This document shows positions 14,500 to 23,395 of a stretch of DNA of 28,351 bases, piece after piece; within the stretch, counting starts at the first letter, position 1, and each line of letters starts with the position of its first letter. The position numbers and the translations under genes were made by a program. Source of the DNA: a virus; the IMG/VR virus record IMGVR_UViG_3300045988_146736, positions 1 to 28,351 of that record. One strand, 5' to 3'. The notes beneath the pieces were generated by a model, which was not told the DNA's origin, did not search any database, and saw only the letters and a program-made list of their open reading frames with translations.

Positions 14500-15566
14500 G
14501 ATTCCTCCATCATATCAACCCGCATCACGTGCCCGGGGTCATCGAGGGTGATCGACAGGGCCTGCACGCGGCCCCTGACGCGTTCGACCGTCCCGTCCTC
14601 ATGGTCGATCACGACGAGGATGAGGTCACCGACCTCGAGCCGGGGATCGGCGGCGATCTGTACCGACCGCGCGCCCGACGCCGCGAGCGCCTTGCGCATG
14701 TAAGACGTCGCGGCCTTTTCCACGGCGTCCGCACTGGTCGCCGCGTTGAACTCCTTTCGCTCGGTCACGATCCCGTAGCGGTCGGGCGCGTAGATGCCCG
14801 TGAAGTTCTCACGGACGGCTGTCCACTTGGTGGACGAATCGCCCTGCGCGGACCCCTGCACGATCCACCGGTTAGGCGTGCGTTCACGCGCGGCCCGGAC
14901 AGCGCCTACCAGGAGGTCAGTGCCCGTGTAGACCTCTACGGGGTCCCCCCCGTAGTTCAGTGCCCACACATGAAGGCACCCATCCGGCTTGACACCGTAC
15001 ATGAGGCCGTATGTCTCACACAGCTCCTGCAGGTTTTCCGCCTTCTTGACCCCCCATTGGAAGTTTGTACTAATCGACCGGTCAGGCACCTCGAGAACAA
15101 CGGGGATCGTCTGACCGAACGCCACGCTTGACGTGATGATGCGTTGCACCTCACTACCCAACGTCGCACCGGCGGGCGGCGACGACGGCCAGACCGCCTG
15201 GTCATCGACGATGGTCTGCACGAGGTCCATCGCCGTAACCTCCACGCCCCCCGACCGTTCCTCCCAGTCGGTCAAGACAAACCACCCGTAGGGGATGCGC
15301 GTCATTTCCCCGCCGATTTCGACGAGCGCCGTCACGTGAAGGCGCTGTCCGTAGTTGTTAAGCGGGTCACCGGGGGCCGTGGGGACCATGCCGGGGTCAA
15401 CCCTCATGGTCAGTTTCGACGGGACCACGCGCTTCAACGTGGACTCTACCTTCACGTCCCACGCGGGAATGTCAGACGCTATACAAGATCCGCCGTGATA
15501 CACGTCAACACGGACGCCGACGGCGACCGGCCCGGACAGGGCCGCGAGACTAGGCCCGGCCCTCAT
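14490..15566 (-). CDS. Minor tail protein in the tail-associated-lysin / baseplate-hub position (358 aa)
   Basis: ATGA overlap with the upstream gene. Synteny: second gene after the tape measure. Confidence 0.6.
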   Translation of the reverse strand: MRAGPSLAALSGPVAVGVRVDVYHGGSCIASDIPAWDVKVESTLKRVVPSKLTMRVDPGMVPTAPGDPLNNYGQRLHVTALVEIGGEMTRIPYGWFVLTDWEERSGGVEVTAMDLVQTIVDDQAVWPSSPPAGATLGSEVQRIITSSVAFGQTIPVVLEVPDRSISTNFQWGVKKAENLQELCETYGLMYGVKPDGCLHVWALNYGGDPVEVYTGTDLLVGAVRAARERTPNRWIVQGSAQGDSSTKWTAVRENFTGIYAPDRYGIVTERKEFNAATSADAVEKAATSYMRKALAASGARSVQIAADPRLEVGDLILVVIDHEDGTVERVRGRVQALSITLDDPGHVMRVDMMEESWI

Positions 15567-16261
15567 GCGGGCATCCCCGCGATCAGGCGGGCGAGGGTTA
15601 CCTCGCTTTGATCGGACTTGTTTCCCGTCCGGTCAGACCATGCCTGCCAGTCGCCCCACGTGACGACGGCGACCGCGCCGCCCCCGAGGCGATCCACATC
15701 CAGCGGCCCGGCCTCGGTCCACTGAACGGTCAGGGTGATTGTGCCGTCCGCGCCGAGGCGCTCGCGGTTCACGCTGGTCACGGTGACCATGCGCGCGGGG
15801 ACGCCGGGCGTTGCGTCGCCGGGCGCGATGATGATGTGTCCGCGCGCCCTGAGTACGCGCCACGCGTCGGCTTCGGCGGACGCGGGGAGTACACAGTGGG
15901 TTTTCCCGGTATGGAGGGGGGTGCGCATCGACCACCTGGTTAGACGGTCATCGATGATTGACGCGTCTGACTTCCACGATATGGGGTCCTGATTGTTCCA
16001 AGCGGTCAGTCCGTCGACAGGGCGTCCGTCGATGCCTGTGAGGAGCATTCCGCCGCCGGGGATGGTGCGTCGGGTAAGCGTGACCGTTTCCCTTCCCACC
16101 TGGTAGGTGGTGGGCACGCCGGGGGCCGCGAGCGCGTCAGAGAAGACGCCCGCCTGCCCACCGGACCATAGGACGCGCGAGCCGGTGGTGACCCGGACAC
16201 CGGCGTCCACGCTGAAGGACGGGAGCCCGGTGTGGGCGGCGATCCACTTTCGGTTTGCCAT
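15563..16261 (-). CDS. Minor tail protein in the distal-tail-protein position (232 aa)
   Basis: ORF 15563..16330 trimmed to the ATG at 16261 (GAAAGG upstream, just after the tape measure stop at 16275). Confidence 0.6.
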   Translation of the reverse strand: MANRKWIAAHTGLPSFSVDAGVRVTTGSRVLWSGGQAGVFSDALAAPGVPTTYQVGRETVTLTRRTIPGGGMLLTGIDGRPVDGLTAWNNQDPISWKSDASIIDDRLTRWSMRTPLHTGKTHCVLPASAEADAWRVLRARGHIIIAPGDATPGVPARMVTVTSVNRERLGADGTITLTVQWTEAGPLDVDRLGGGAVAVVTWGDWQAWSDRTGNKSDQSEVTLARLIAGMPA

Positions 16262-16274
16262 GTTGTGCCTTTCG

Positions 16275-18461
16275 TTACACGCGTCGGAGTGTGCGGACGG
16301 TCTCACCCTGCAGGTAGGACGTGAACTCACGCTCCCCGACGCGGAGCGTCAGGGTTTCGGGGAGGCCGCCCGGGCCTGACCATCCGGTCGGTGCGGTCGG
16401 CGCGCCCATGTTCGGCGCGAGTGATGCCGTGAACCGCCCGAGGCTGTCGCGGGCCGCCGCGTACTGGCTTTCCATGCCGGTAACGAAGCCGCCGATAACC
16501 AGACGTCCGGCGTCCTTCAGGATCACCCGGTCAAGGTCTTCGGGTCCCTTCCATGACGGGAGCATGGACGTGAGGGACCCGAGGGTCGATTGGACGGCCC
16601 CGAAGGCGCTCTTGATGCCGTTGATAAAACCGTCGATGATCGACCGACCGGCAGAGATTAGCCAGCTGCCCGCGCCTGAGAACACGCCCAAGATGCGGGA
16701 CGGGAGCTGTTGCACGTAGGACACGGCGCTAGACACGCCGGAGCTGATCGCGCTCGTGATCCCTGACCACGCGGACGACACGAGCGACGTCAAGGACGAC
16801 CACGCGGCGGAGAACAGGCCGGACACCATCTGAAGCCATGCGCTTAGGATGCCACTGATCGCGGACACCACGCCGGAAATGATGCCCTGGATAGCCGTCC
16901 ACACGCCGGAGAACATGGTCTGTATGCCTGTCCACACGCCCGACCAGTCGCCCGAAATGAGGGCACCGACCGTCTGAATCAGGCCCTGGATGAACGTGAG
17001 CGCGCCGGAAATCACAGTCATGATCGCCGAAAACACCGCGCTCACGGTCGAGCCGAGCGTCTGGAACACGGGTATCAGAATCGTCCCGAGCTGTTCGATG
17101 ATCGGCCCTAGGAACGCGCCGAGCTGGACGAACGTCTCCCCGAGCTGCGACAGGACGGGCATGAGGGCGTCAACGCATTGGCTGACCAGTTGGACAAGCA
17201 CCTCGACGACCGCCGCGACGATGGGCGTCAGGGCCGTGATTACCGGGGCCAGGCCGTCGCCAATCTGACCAAGTAGCGGCCCGATTGCCTCGACTAGCTG
17301 CATGAACACGCCGCCGAGCGGCTCTAGGGCGGGGAGGATCGCGGCCCCCATGTTCATGAGTGCGTCACGCAGCGCCTCGGAGTTCTGTAGGACGCCGACG
17401 AACGCGCCGACCGCGAGCCCAATGGGGCCGGTCAGTCCGGCGAAGCCGCCGCCGATGAGGGGCAGCTGCGACAATAGGGGGCCGAGCGCACCGGCAAGGC
17501 CGCCAACGACGGGCGCAATTCCTCCGAGCATGCCGGTGAAACTGTCAAGGCCACCGCCGCCGTTGACCATGCTGTCGATCCCGGCGGCGACCGTCTCAAA
17601 TACCGGCGTCAGGGTATCGGCGAGGCCGCTGAGCGCGTCGGTCAGTGGCCCCTTCAGTGGTTCGATGATTTTCACGAGCCCGCCGGTGATCGCGGCCTCT
17701 AGGTTGCCCCACGCGCCTTCGAAGGTCGCCGTCGATGTGGCCGCCTCCGACGCGACGTCGGTTAGGCCGAGGCTCATGATCGCGGCGTTGAACTCATCCG
17801 CCGAAATCTGACCGTCGGACATGGCCTTCGCAAAGTCACCCGTGTACGCGCCCGCATCGAGTAGGGCCTGCTTGATCGGCCCCGCCGCGCCGGGGATCGC
17901 GTCGGATAGCTGACGCCAGTTTTCGGCGGTCAGTTTTCCAGCGCCCGCCGTTTGGGTCATGACCTGCCCGACGGACTTGAAGGTTTCCGTGTTGCCGCCT
18001 GCGACGGCGTTCAGGTTGCCCGCCGCGCGGGCAAGGTCGGCATAGCCCTCGACGCCGTTCGACGCGAGCTGCGCCGTGACCGACTGAATGTCGGACAGGT
18101 CGTAGACCGTGCGGTCAGCATACTCCTGGACCGACGCGGTCAGCTCTTCAATGGTTGATGAGTCAAGGCCCGCGAAGTTTAGCGTTGACTTGAACTTGTC
18201 GGTTGCGTCGGACGCGGCCAGGGCCTCACCGGTGTAGGACGCGATGAACGCGCCCGCAGCCGCGAGGCCCGTGGCCGCTAGGGTCCCGACGGCCTTGAAC
18301 GCGCCGCCCATGCTCGCCGTGATCGTCGATCCCCACGAGGACGATGACTTCGTGACCTGCTGGTCAACGGCCCCGAACTCCTGTGCGATGCTTTGCCCCA
18401 TCCCCTTAAAGGACGGGACAACGTTGATCCACGCGGTGCCGATGTCCATTCCGCCAGCCAT
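16275..18461 (-). CDS. Tape measure protein (728 aa)
   Basis: A very large ORF directly after the frameshifted chaperone pair. Gly/Ala/Ser-rich with long hydrophobic repeats. Confidence 0.85.
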   Translation of the reverse strand: MAGGMDIGTAWINVVPSFKGMGQSIAQEFGAVDQQVTKSSSSWGSTITASMGGAFKAVGTLAATGLAAAGAFIASYTGEALAASDATDKFKSTLNFAGLDSSTIEELTASVQEYADRTVYDLSDIQSVTAQLASNGVEGYADLARAAGNLNAVAGGNTETFKSVGQVMTQTAGAGKLTAENWRQLSDAIPGAAGPIKQALLDAGAYTGDFAKAMSDGQISADEFNAAIMSLGLTDVASEAATSTATFEGAWGNLEAAITGGLVKIIEPLKGPLTDALSGLADTLTPVFETVAAGIDSMVNGGGGLDSFTGMLGGIAPVVGGLAGALGPLLSQLPLIGGGFAGLTGPIGLAVGAFVGVLQNSEALRDALMNMGAAILPALEPLGGVFMQLVEAIGPLLGQIGDGLAPVITALTPIVAAVVEVLVQLVSQCVDALMPVLSQLGETFVQLGAFLGPIIEQLGTILIPVFQTLGSTVSAVFSAIMTVISGALTFIQGLIQTVGALISGDWSGVWTGIQTMFSGVWTAIQGIISGVVSAISGILSAWLQMVSGLFSAAWSSLTSLVSSAWSGITSAISSGVSSAVSYVQQLPSRILGVFSGAGSWLISAGRSIIDGFINGIKSAFGAVQSTLGSLTSMLPSWKGPEDLDRVILKDAGRLVIGGFVTGMESQYAAARDSLGRFTASLAPNMGAPTAPTGWSGPGGLPETLTLRVGEREFTSYLQGETVRTLRRV

Positions 18462-18485
18462 TTGGTTGTCCTTTCGTCTGATCGG

Positions 18486-19135
18486 TCAGGATTCGCGTAT
18501 AGCCGCGAGCGCGGCTTCGAGTTCGTCGATGGGTAGTGCGACGTATGTGTCCGCCTTGTTGTCCCACGGGCGCGGGAAGGGTGGGGGGACGCGCTGGTTT
18601 CGTTGCCCGTCGCGTGTTTTCGACCACTGAAGCCACCGTAGGGCGTCCGATGCTAGGACGCCCCACTGGTTGGTCAGGAGTGACCATTCCCAGGCGGGAT
18701 CGACCTTGCGGCGCGTCCACGATTCTGGCTGCGCGATCATCGCGGCGGCGAGTGATGCGGCGCGCATTGGGGGGAGCTGCCGCCAATCTTCCACCTGGTA
18801 GAACCGGAGGAAGTCGGCGGACAGCTCATCGGGGGCTTTTTGCTCCGCCCCCAGGAGCGTCAGGAGTTTGGGGCGACAGCCTTGACTGCCTTCAGGAGGA
18901 AGGCGGTCATGTCCTTGACGTTGACACGTCCGTCGGCGTCGCGGAGGTGGTCCTTGACCGCCTGGTAGGCGTCGCCCTTGAAGACCATGCGGAAGGGGCG
19001 CACGATGTTTTTGGGGTCACCGTTGTCGACGTCGGCGAGCGCCTCGAGGAGCTCGTAGTCTTGAAACACGGCGGGGTCAACGGTGATTTCAAGGCCGTCA
19101 ATTTCAACGGTCTTGGTGGTCAGCTTCGTCGCCAT
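18486..19135 (-). CDS. Tail assembly chaperone, long form made by a programmed -1 frameshift (G-T type)
   Basis: Hand translation. After a -1 slip at CCCAAAC the frame stays open (…APK LLTLLGAEQKAPDELSADFLRFYQ VEDWRQ…) and runs into ORF 18486..18794. Confidence 0.65.
18860..19135 (-). CDS. Tail assembly chaperone, short form (91 aa)
   Basis: Small acidic ORF between the major tail protein and the tape measure. The slippery heptamer lies 3 nt upstream of its stop codon. Confidence 0.75.
   Translation of the reverse strand: MATKLTTKTVEIDGLEITVDPAVFQDYELLEALADVDNGDPKNIVRPFRMVFKGDAYQAVKDHLRDADGRVNVKDMTAFLLKAVKAVAPNS
18866..18872 (-). promoter_or_regulatory. -1 ribosomal frameshift slippery heptamer C_CCA_AAC
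   Basis: The zero frame reads gcC CCA AAC tcc tga. This is X_XXY_YYZ in the correct phase. Confidence 0.6.
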
Positions 19136-19136
19136 G

Positions 19137-19697
19137 TCACGCCGCCTTCTTGATGTACTCGTAGACGGTGTTCCCCTGGCTGTCGGGGAAACACGTCACG
19201 GTGGTTTCGTAGCCAACGGCGGTGCCGTCCACATACGTAACGTCGCCGACCTCGGTAACCTGACCAGCCGGTACAACGATGCGCTTGACCGCATTGCCGG
19301 TCATGAGCATGTCAATAACGAACGCGCGGCGGGGGAGTTCCTTGCCGTTGTGCTTGACGGTGATCCCGGTCGTCAGATCGCCGGTGACGTTGTCCTGACC
19401 GTAGACCTCCTTCAGGACATCGACGTCGAGCGCCTGCACGAGGGTAAACTTGAAGGTTTCCGTTCGGCTTGTCCGAACGGTCAGGATCGTGTCACCGCCC
19501 CACGCCTTGATGTTCTCGACGTCCTGATCCAGGCCGTTGGTCAGGCCGTCCTCGGACACGTAGCCGAGCTTGACGAACCCGGCGGCGAGGTTGGTCGTCG
19601 CGTCGGTGGGGAGGGTGAGCTTGGTCGTGCCGGAGCTGATCGCGCCCGCCGCTACGGGCTTGGCGACTGACGCCAGGCTAGAGTCATTGTTAGCCAT
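19137..19697 (-). CDS. Major tail protein (186 aa)
   Basis: GAAAGGA RBS. Position is between the tail terminator and the chaperones. The sequence is Thr/Val/Gly-rich and beta-type. Confidence 0.75.
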   Translation of the reverse strand: MANNDSSLASVAKPVAAGAISSGTTKLTLPTDATTNLAAGFVKLGYVSEDGLTNGLDQDVENIKAWGGDTILTVRTSRTETFKFTLVQALDVDVLKEVYGQDNVTGDLTTGITVKHNGKELPRRAFVIDMLMTGNAVKRIVVPAGQVTEVGDVTYVDGTAVGYETTVTCFPDSQGNTVYEYIKKAA

Positions 19698-19710
19698 TAC
19701 ACATGTCCTT

Positions 19711-20070
19711 TCATGGGCGTGTAGGCATCATGAATGATGCCGTGACAGTGAGCTGGTAGCGCGCCTGCCTACTGTCGGGGTCAGGGAAATTATACATGCT
19801 GGTCACCTGCAGGGCAGCCATGTCGGCGACGCGCGCGGGCGCGCCAATCAGTGTGTCTCGCACGTCGCTTGCCAGCTGGTAGGCGTCGGCGTGCTTGTCG
19901 GCCCATGCCTGCACGGCGTACACGCCGTGGTCGATCAGGTGGTCAGTGCGCCCGCCGGTGCGTTCAATGGTCACGAGCGCGCCGCCCGTGTAGTTTCGTG
20001 GCACGGTCGCGTGGACGGGCACGGACCCGCCGCGTAGGTTGGCGCGCAGGTAGTCGATGAGTCGCTTCAT
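19711..20070 (-). CDS. Tail terminator / tail completion protein (119 aa)
   Basis: Synteny: it lies immediately upstream of the major tail protein. Confidence 0.55.
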   Translation of the reverse strand: MKRLIDYLRANLRGGSVPVHATVPRNYTGGALVTIERTGGRTDHLIDHGVYAVQAWADKHADAYQLASDVRDTLIGAPARVADMAALQVTSMYNFPDPDSRQARYQLTVTASFMMPTRP

Positions 20071-20291
20071 TAGCCTTGCACCGCCTTTAGGAGCGTGTTG
20101 TCGCGCGCGTTGCGGCGGCGCGCTTTGAAGGTTGTTGCGTAGACGGCCCCGTGGGGGCGGTCCGTCTGAATGACGGAGCCCTCAAAGCCTTCGCCCGCAC
20201 GCGCCGCGATAGCGTGAACACGCTCCTCGATGAGCGGACGGGTCATGTCGCCTACCTTGCGGTAGTCAATTTTGACTCGCGCATTTGCCAT
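20070..20291 (-). CDS. Head-tail joining (neck) protein (73 aa)
   Basis: Synteny only. The TAATG overlap links it to the next gene. Confidence 0.5.
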   Translation of the reverse strand: MANARVKIDYRKVGDMTRPLIEERVHAIAARAGEGFEGSVIQTDRPHGAVYATTFKARRRNARDNTLLKAVQG

Positions 20292-20295
20292 GTGG

Positions 20296-20634
20296 TCATC
20301 CTTCCGTTCGTTCGACGGTGACGGGGAGGTCCCATGCGCCGGGCGTCAGGGCGGCGGCGTACCGTTGGGGATCGCCTATCACGCGGTAGGTGACGCCGCG
20401 AACGATGACGCGACAGCCCCGGAGGTTGCCCTCATGGGTCTTTGGGAAGTGGAGCGTGAGTGCGTCGCGGTCGCCGTCGCGGCGGAGGCTCCCGTTCAGG
20501 TCGTCCGTTGACGCGGGGGCAACAAGGACGTTCCCGACGGGGACTCCGGGTTGCCATTCGGTCAGCTCATCCCCGAACGCATCGAGGCCGGCGTCCGCCG
20601 GGCGGATCAGGGTCACGGTTTCGCCGCGTATCAT
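20296..20634 (-). CDS. Head closure / head-tail adaptor protein (112 aa)
   Basis: Size and position match. Sequence MIRGETVTLIRP...VTYRVIGDP resembles SPP1 gp16 / HK97 gp9-type head-tail joining proteins. Confidence 0.6.
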   Translation of the reverse strand: MIRGETVTLIRPADAGLDAFGDELTEWQPGVPVGNVLVAPASTDDLNGSLRRDGDRDALTLHFPKTHEGNLRGCRVIVRGVTYRVIGDPQRYAAALTPGAWDLPVTVERTEG

Positions 20635-21041
20635 GATCGACCTGCCAGGAGGTCAACGTTGAACGCGCGCGACGTCGGGAGCCCAAGGCGGCGGCGATGG
20701 ACGCGTGTGAAGCTCATCGACCCGGTGGGGGTCTTGTAGGACGCCGATTGCGTGTAAGGGCCAGCCGTCTGGCTGATCTGTGTTGCCCCGAAGGGTGCGT
20801 CACCGGCGGCGCTACGTTGCATATAGGCCACCATGTCGCACACGACGTCGGCGGCGGTGTCGGCCTGGACCTTACCGGCTTGTATAAGCACGGTGATGTC
20901 AAAGCCTTCGCGCGCGAACTCATCGCGGACGATGCGCGATGCGCGGGCGAGGTGCGCATCGGTGGCCGCCGTTTCGGCGGCGTCTAGCGGGCCGTACCGG
21001 TCCGCGTAGTCTCGCGCGGTCGCGAGGGTGAACCCCGTCAT
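20631..21041 (-). CDS. Head-tail connector protein (136 aa)
   Basis: ORF 20631..21068 trimmed to the ATG at 21041 (GGAAAGGAGG upstream). First gene after the major capsid protein. Confidence 0.6.
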   Translation of the reverse strand: MTGFTLATARDYADRYGPLDAAETAATDAHLARASRIVRDEFAREGFDITVLIQAGKVQADTAADVVCDMVAYMQRSAAGDAPFGATQISQTAGPYTQSASYKTPTGSMSFTRVHRRRLGLPTSRAFNVDLLAGRS

Positions 21042-21121
21042 TGCGCCTCCTTTCCTACCATGTGGCAAGGGGGGCGACCGCCAGCGCTAATGGCCGGAGC
21101 CGCCCCCCCCTGTTCACGTGG

Positions 21122-22045
21122 TCACTTTTCGGCGACCACCGCGAAACGATCCACGAACGCATACCATCCGTACACGATTTCGAGCCGGAGGGCGATCTGA
21201 TTCTTGCGCTTCAGGTCGCCCTGGCCGTCAGGGTCGCCGTAGGTGATGAGTTCGACGGGGAGCTCCTTCTGGATGCCCCATCGGATACCGCCGGTGAAAT
21301 CACCGACGATAGCGCGTACCTTTGTGTCGGTGGCCTCGGGGAGGCCGGACACCGTGGAGCCGACGGCGACGGGGACGCCCATGAAGGACGTCACCTCCGC
21401 GCCGAGGCCGAGCTGCGGGTAACGCGGCGTGGACGTGACGCCCGCGCCGTCCTTGACCATGAGGTTGGACAGCGCCCAGGTGAACTTGGGGTCAAGGGCC
21501 GCGCCGGTCACCTGAACGCCGGTGTTAACGTCGTTGATGATGAGACCGGCGGCGGCGCGGAAGTCCGCGTCGGGGTCGGAGCCGCCCTTGCCGAGTTCAA
21601 CGCGCTTGGTCGTCGCGTTGATGTAATTCGTCCAGCTGGTAATGGCCTGGCCATTCAGGGGGTTGATGCGGTGGTACACGCCCAGATCAAGGGCGCGGGA
21701 CAGGGCGTCGGCACCGGCGGAGGCGAGGGTGCGGAGCACGCCGAGCTGATGCTCGTCGTCCGCCCACTGAACCTCCTGCGAAAAACGCATGGTGACCTGC
21801 GCCTTGTGGGGCGCGGCGGTGACGGAGCCGAAGGACCCCGTGGTCGAGTCCTTGTCGCCGTTCTCCTCCACGAACTGAGCGCGGGGGAGGTCGTTGAACG
21901 TGATGATGTCCGTCTTGCCGAAACGCATCGGCTCCTGTGCGGACAGCTTCGCAATGGTCGATGTCGAAAGGGTCTTCTTGACCATTCCGTCCGCGATCTC
22001 GCGGGGCATGAGCGGTGCGGCCTGGCCGGTACCGAAAACAGCCAT
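21122..22045 (-). CDS. Major capsid protein, HK97-fold type (307 aa)
   Basis: Position after the scaffold gene, with size and sequence character typical of actinophage capsid proteins. Confidence 0.8.
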   Translation of the reverse strand: MAVFGTGQAAPLMPREIADGMVKKTLSTSTIAKLSAQEPMRFGKTDIITFNDLPRAQFVEENGDKDSTTGSFGSVTAAPHKAQVTMRFSQEVQWADDEHQLGVLRTLASAGADALSRALDLGVYHRINPLNGQAITSWTNYINATTKRVELGKGGSDPDADFRAAAGLIINDVNTGVQVTGAALDPKFTWALSNLMVKDGAGVTSTPRYPQLGLGAEVTSFMGVPVAVGSTVSGLPEATDTKVRAIVGDFTGGIRWGIQKELPVELITYGDPDGQGDLKRKNQIALRLEIVYGWYAFVDRFAVVAEK

Positions 22046-22067
22046 GTTCGTTGTTCCTTTCAGTGGG

Positions 22068-22568
22068 TCAGTTTCCGAACAGGGCCTTCACGAACGCCTG
22101 CTCGGTTGTCTGGTTGGTCTCGGGGACGGCCCCGAGGGTGGGGATGACGGGTGTCGCCGACCGGGCGGTCAGGAACTCCGCGAGCGCCTTTCCGTGCGCG
22201 GTCATTTCCTCACGGGTCGATCCGCGAAGGAGGTCGGCGGGGACGCCGGTTTCCTTTGCGACCTCACGGACGAGGGCCGTGTGCGCGGCCTCACGCTCGT
22301 AGGTCTGAACCTTCGCGGTGGCTGCCGCGAGGTCAGTTTCGAGGGTGCCGATCTTGGCCGCGAGGTCGTCGTAGTCCGCGTACTTGCGGCGCTCACGTTC
22401 GACGCGCTTCGTAATGATCGCGTCGAGGGCCTCCTGGCTGGTGATCGGGTTGAACGCGTGGTCAGGCGCGGGGGCCTGTTCCTTCGTCGTGTCCTGAGTG
22501 TTGCCCGCGTCGGGCGCGGGGGCCGCGTCGGGCGCGGGGGCCGCGTCGGTGTTGGTTTCGTCATCCAT
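22068..22568 (-). CDS. Capsid scaffolding protein (166 aa)
   Basis: Acidic, helical, with a low-complexity N-terminus (DAAPAP x2). It lies between the MuF-like gene and the capsid gene. Confidence 0.75.
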   Translation of the reverse strand: MDDETNTDAAPAPDAAPAPDAGNTQDTTKEQAPAPDHAFNPITSQEALDAIITKRVERERRKYADYDDLAAKIGTLETDLAAATAKVQTYEREAAHTALVREVAKETGVPADLLRGSTREEMTAHGKALAEFLTARSATPVIPTLGAVPETNQTTEQAFVKALFGN

Positions 22569-22624
22569 GATGTGCCTTCCGTTTATGGGGGCCGTCGCCC
22601 CGTTTCCCAGCTGAACCCCAGCTG

Positions 22625-23395
22625 TCAGGTTGTTTGCGGGCGGTCTTTCACGCCGTCCGCGTATGCGCCGGGCGTTGACCGCCTGGCATGTCGCATGAGC
22701 ACGTTCAGGTCTGAGGGGTTTTCCCCGCTCATGATCGCCGCGCTTCGTGCCTCATTGTACAACGTTTCCAGGTGGTCAGGGTTATAACCGTCGATCTTGG
22801 GGTCTGTGTCCCCGAACGCGGGGACTATCTCGCAATCGCAATCGTGGTGAAAGCGGTTGCCGAGGCCGCCCGCCGTCTTTTTCGACGCGTACACCCAGCC
22901 GCGCGAGGCCAGCATGGTGCAAAACGCGCATGTTTTCGCGCCGCGCGGGACGCGTGCCCACCTCGGGTTAGCCGGATCGCGGCGGACGTTGCGGAGAACG
23001 GTGTCGCGGCCCGCGTCCTTGACCCACATTTGGAGCCCGCCCATGAGGTCGGACAGCATTTTTTCTTGCTGGTCAGACCACAGGTGCCCGGCGGATGCCC
23101 GGACGCTCGCTTCGACCTGAGCGGGGAGCGCCGACGGGGCCGGGGTAGCCCGGTACGCAGACCGGACGCCCGCCGCGTCGCGTTCGCTTTCGTACCATTC
23201 GGTAGCCGCGAGCGCGGCGACGTCGCCATATTGGGCGGCGAGGCGTGGGACGAAGTCGGCGAGCGCGTCACGGCACGCGGCGGGGTCGTCGAACGGCAGC
23301 GTATCCCAAAATGCGGTCAGGTCGGCGCGGGCCGCCTCGACCGCCTGGTCAACTGCCTTGGAGTATCGGGTGATGGAGCGGCGGGTGACCATCAC
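22625..23395 (-). CDS. MuF-like minor capsid / head morphogenesis protein (256 aa)
   Basis: ATGA overlap with the portal stop. The C-terminal Cys/His cluster CAFC...HHDCDC is typical of actinophage MuF-like proteins. Confidence 0.7.
   Translation of the reverse strand: MMVTRRSITRYSKAVDQAVEAARADLTAFWDTLPFDDPAACRDALADFVPRLAAQYGDVAALAATEWYESERDAAGVRSAYRATPAPSALPAQVEASVRASAGHLWSDQQEKMLSDLMGGLQMWVKDAGRDTVLRNVRRDPANPRWARVPRGAKTCAFCTMLASRGWVYASKKTAGGLGNRFHHDCDCEIVPAFGDTDPKIDGYNPDHLETLYNEARSAAIMSGENPSDLNVLMRHARRSTPGAYADGVKDRPQTT

Noticed and set aside
18486-18794. Independent 102-aa gene starting at the GTG at 18794
   Set aside because: There is no RBS, and the frame is open upstream as far as the slippery heptamer. 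It is better explained as the frameshift extension of the tail chaperone.
21041-22147. 368-aa plus-strand ORF
   Set aside because: It is antisense to the major capsid and scaffold genes, with low-complexity Gly/Arg/Val composition. The minus-strand genes fit phage synteny and have strong RBS sites.
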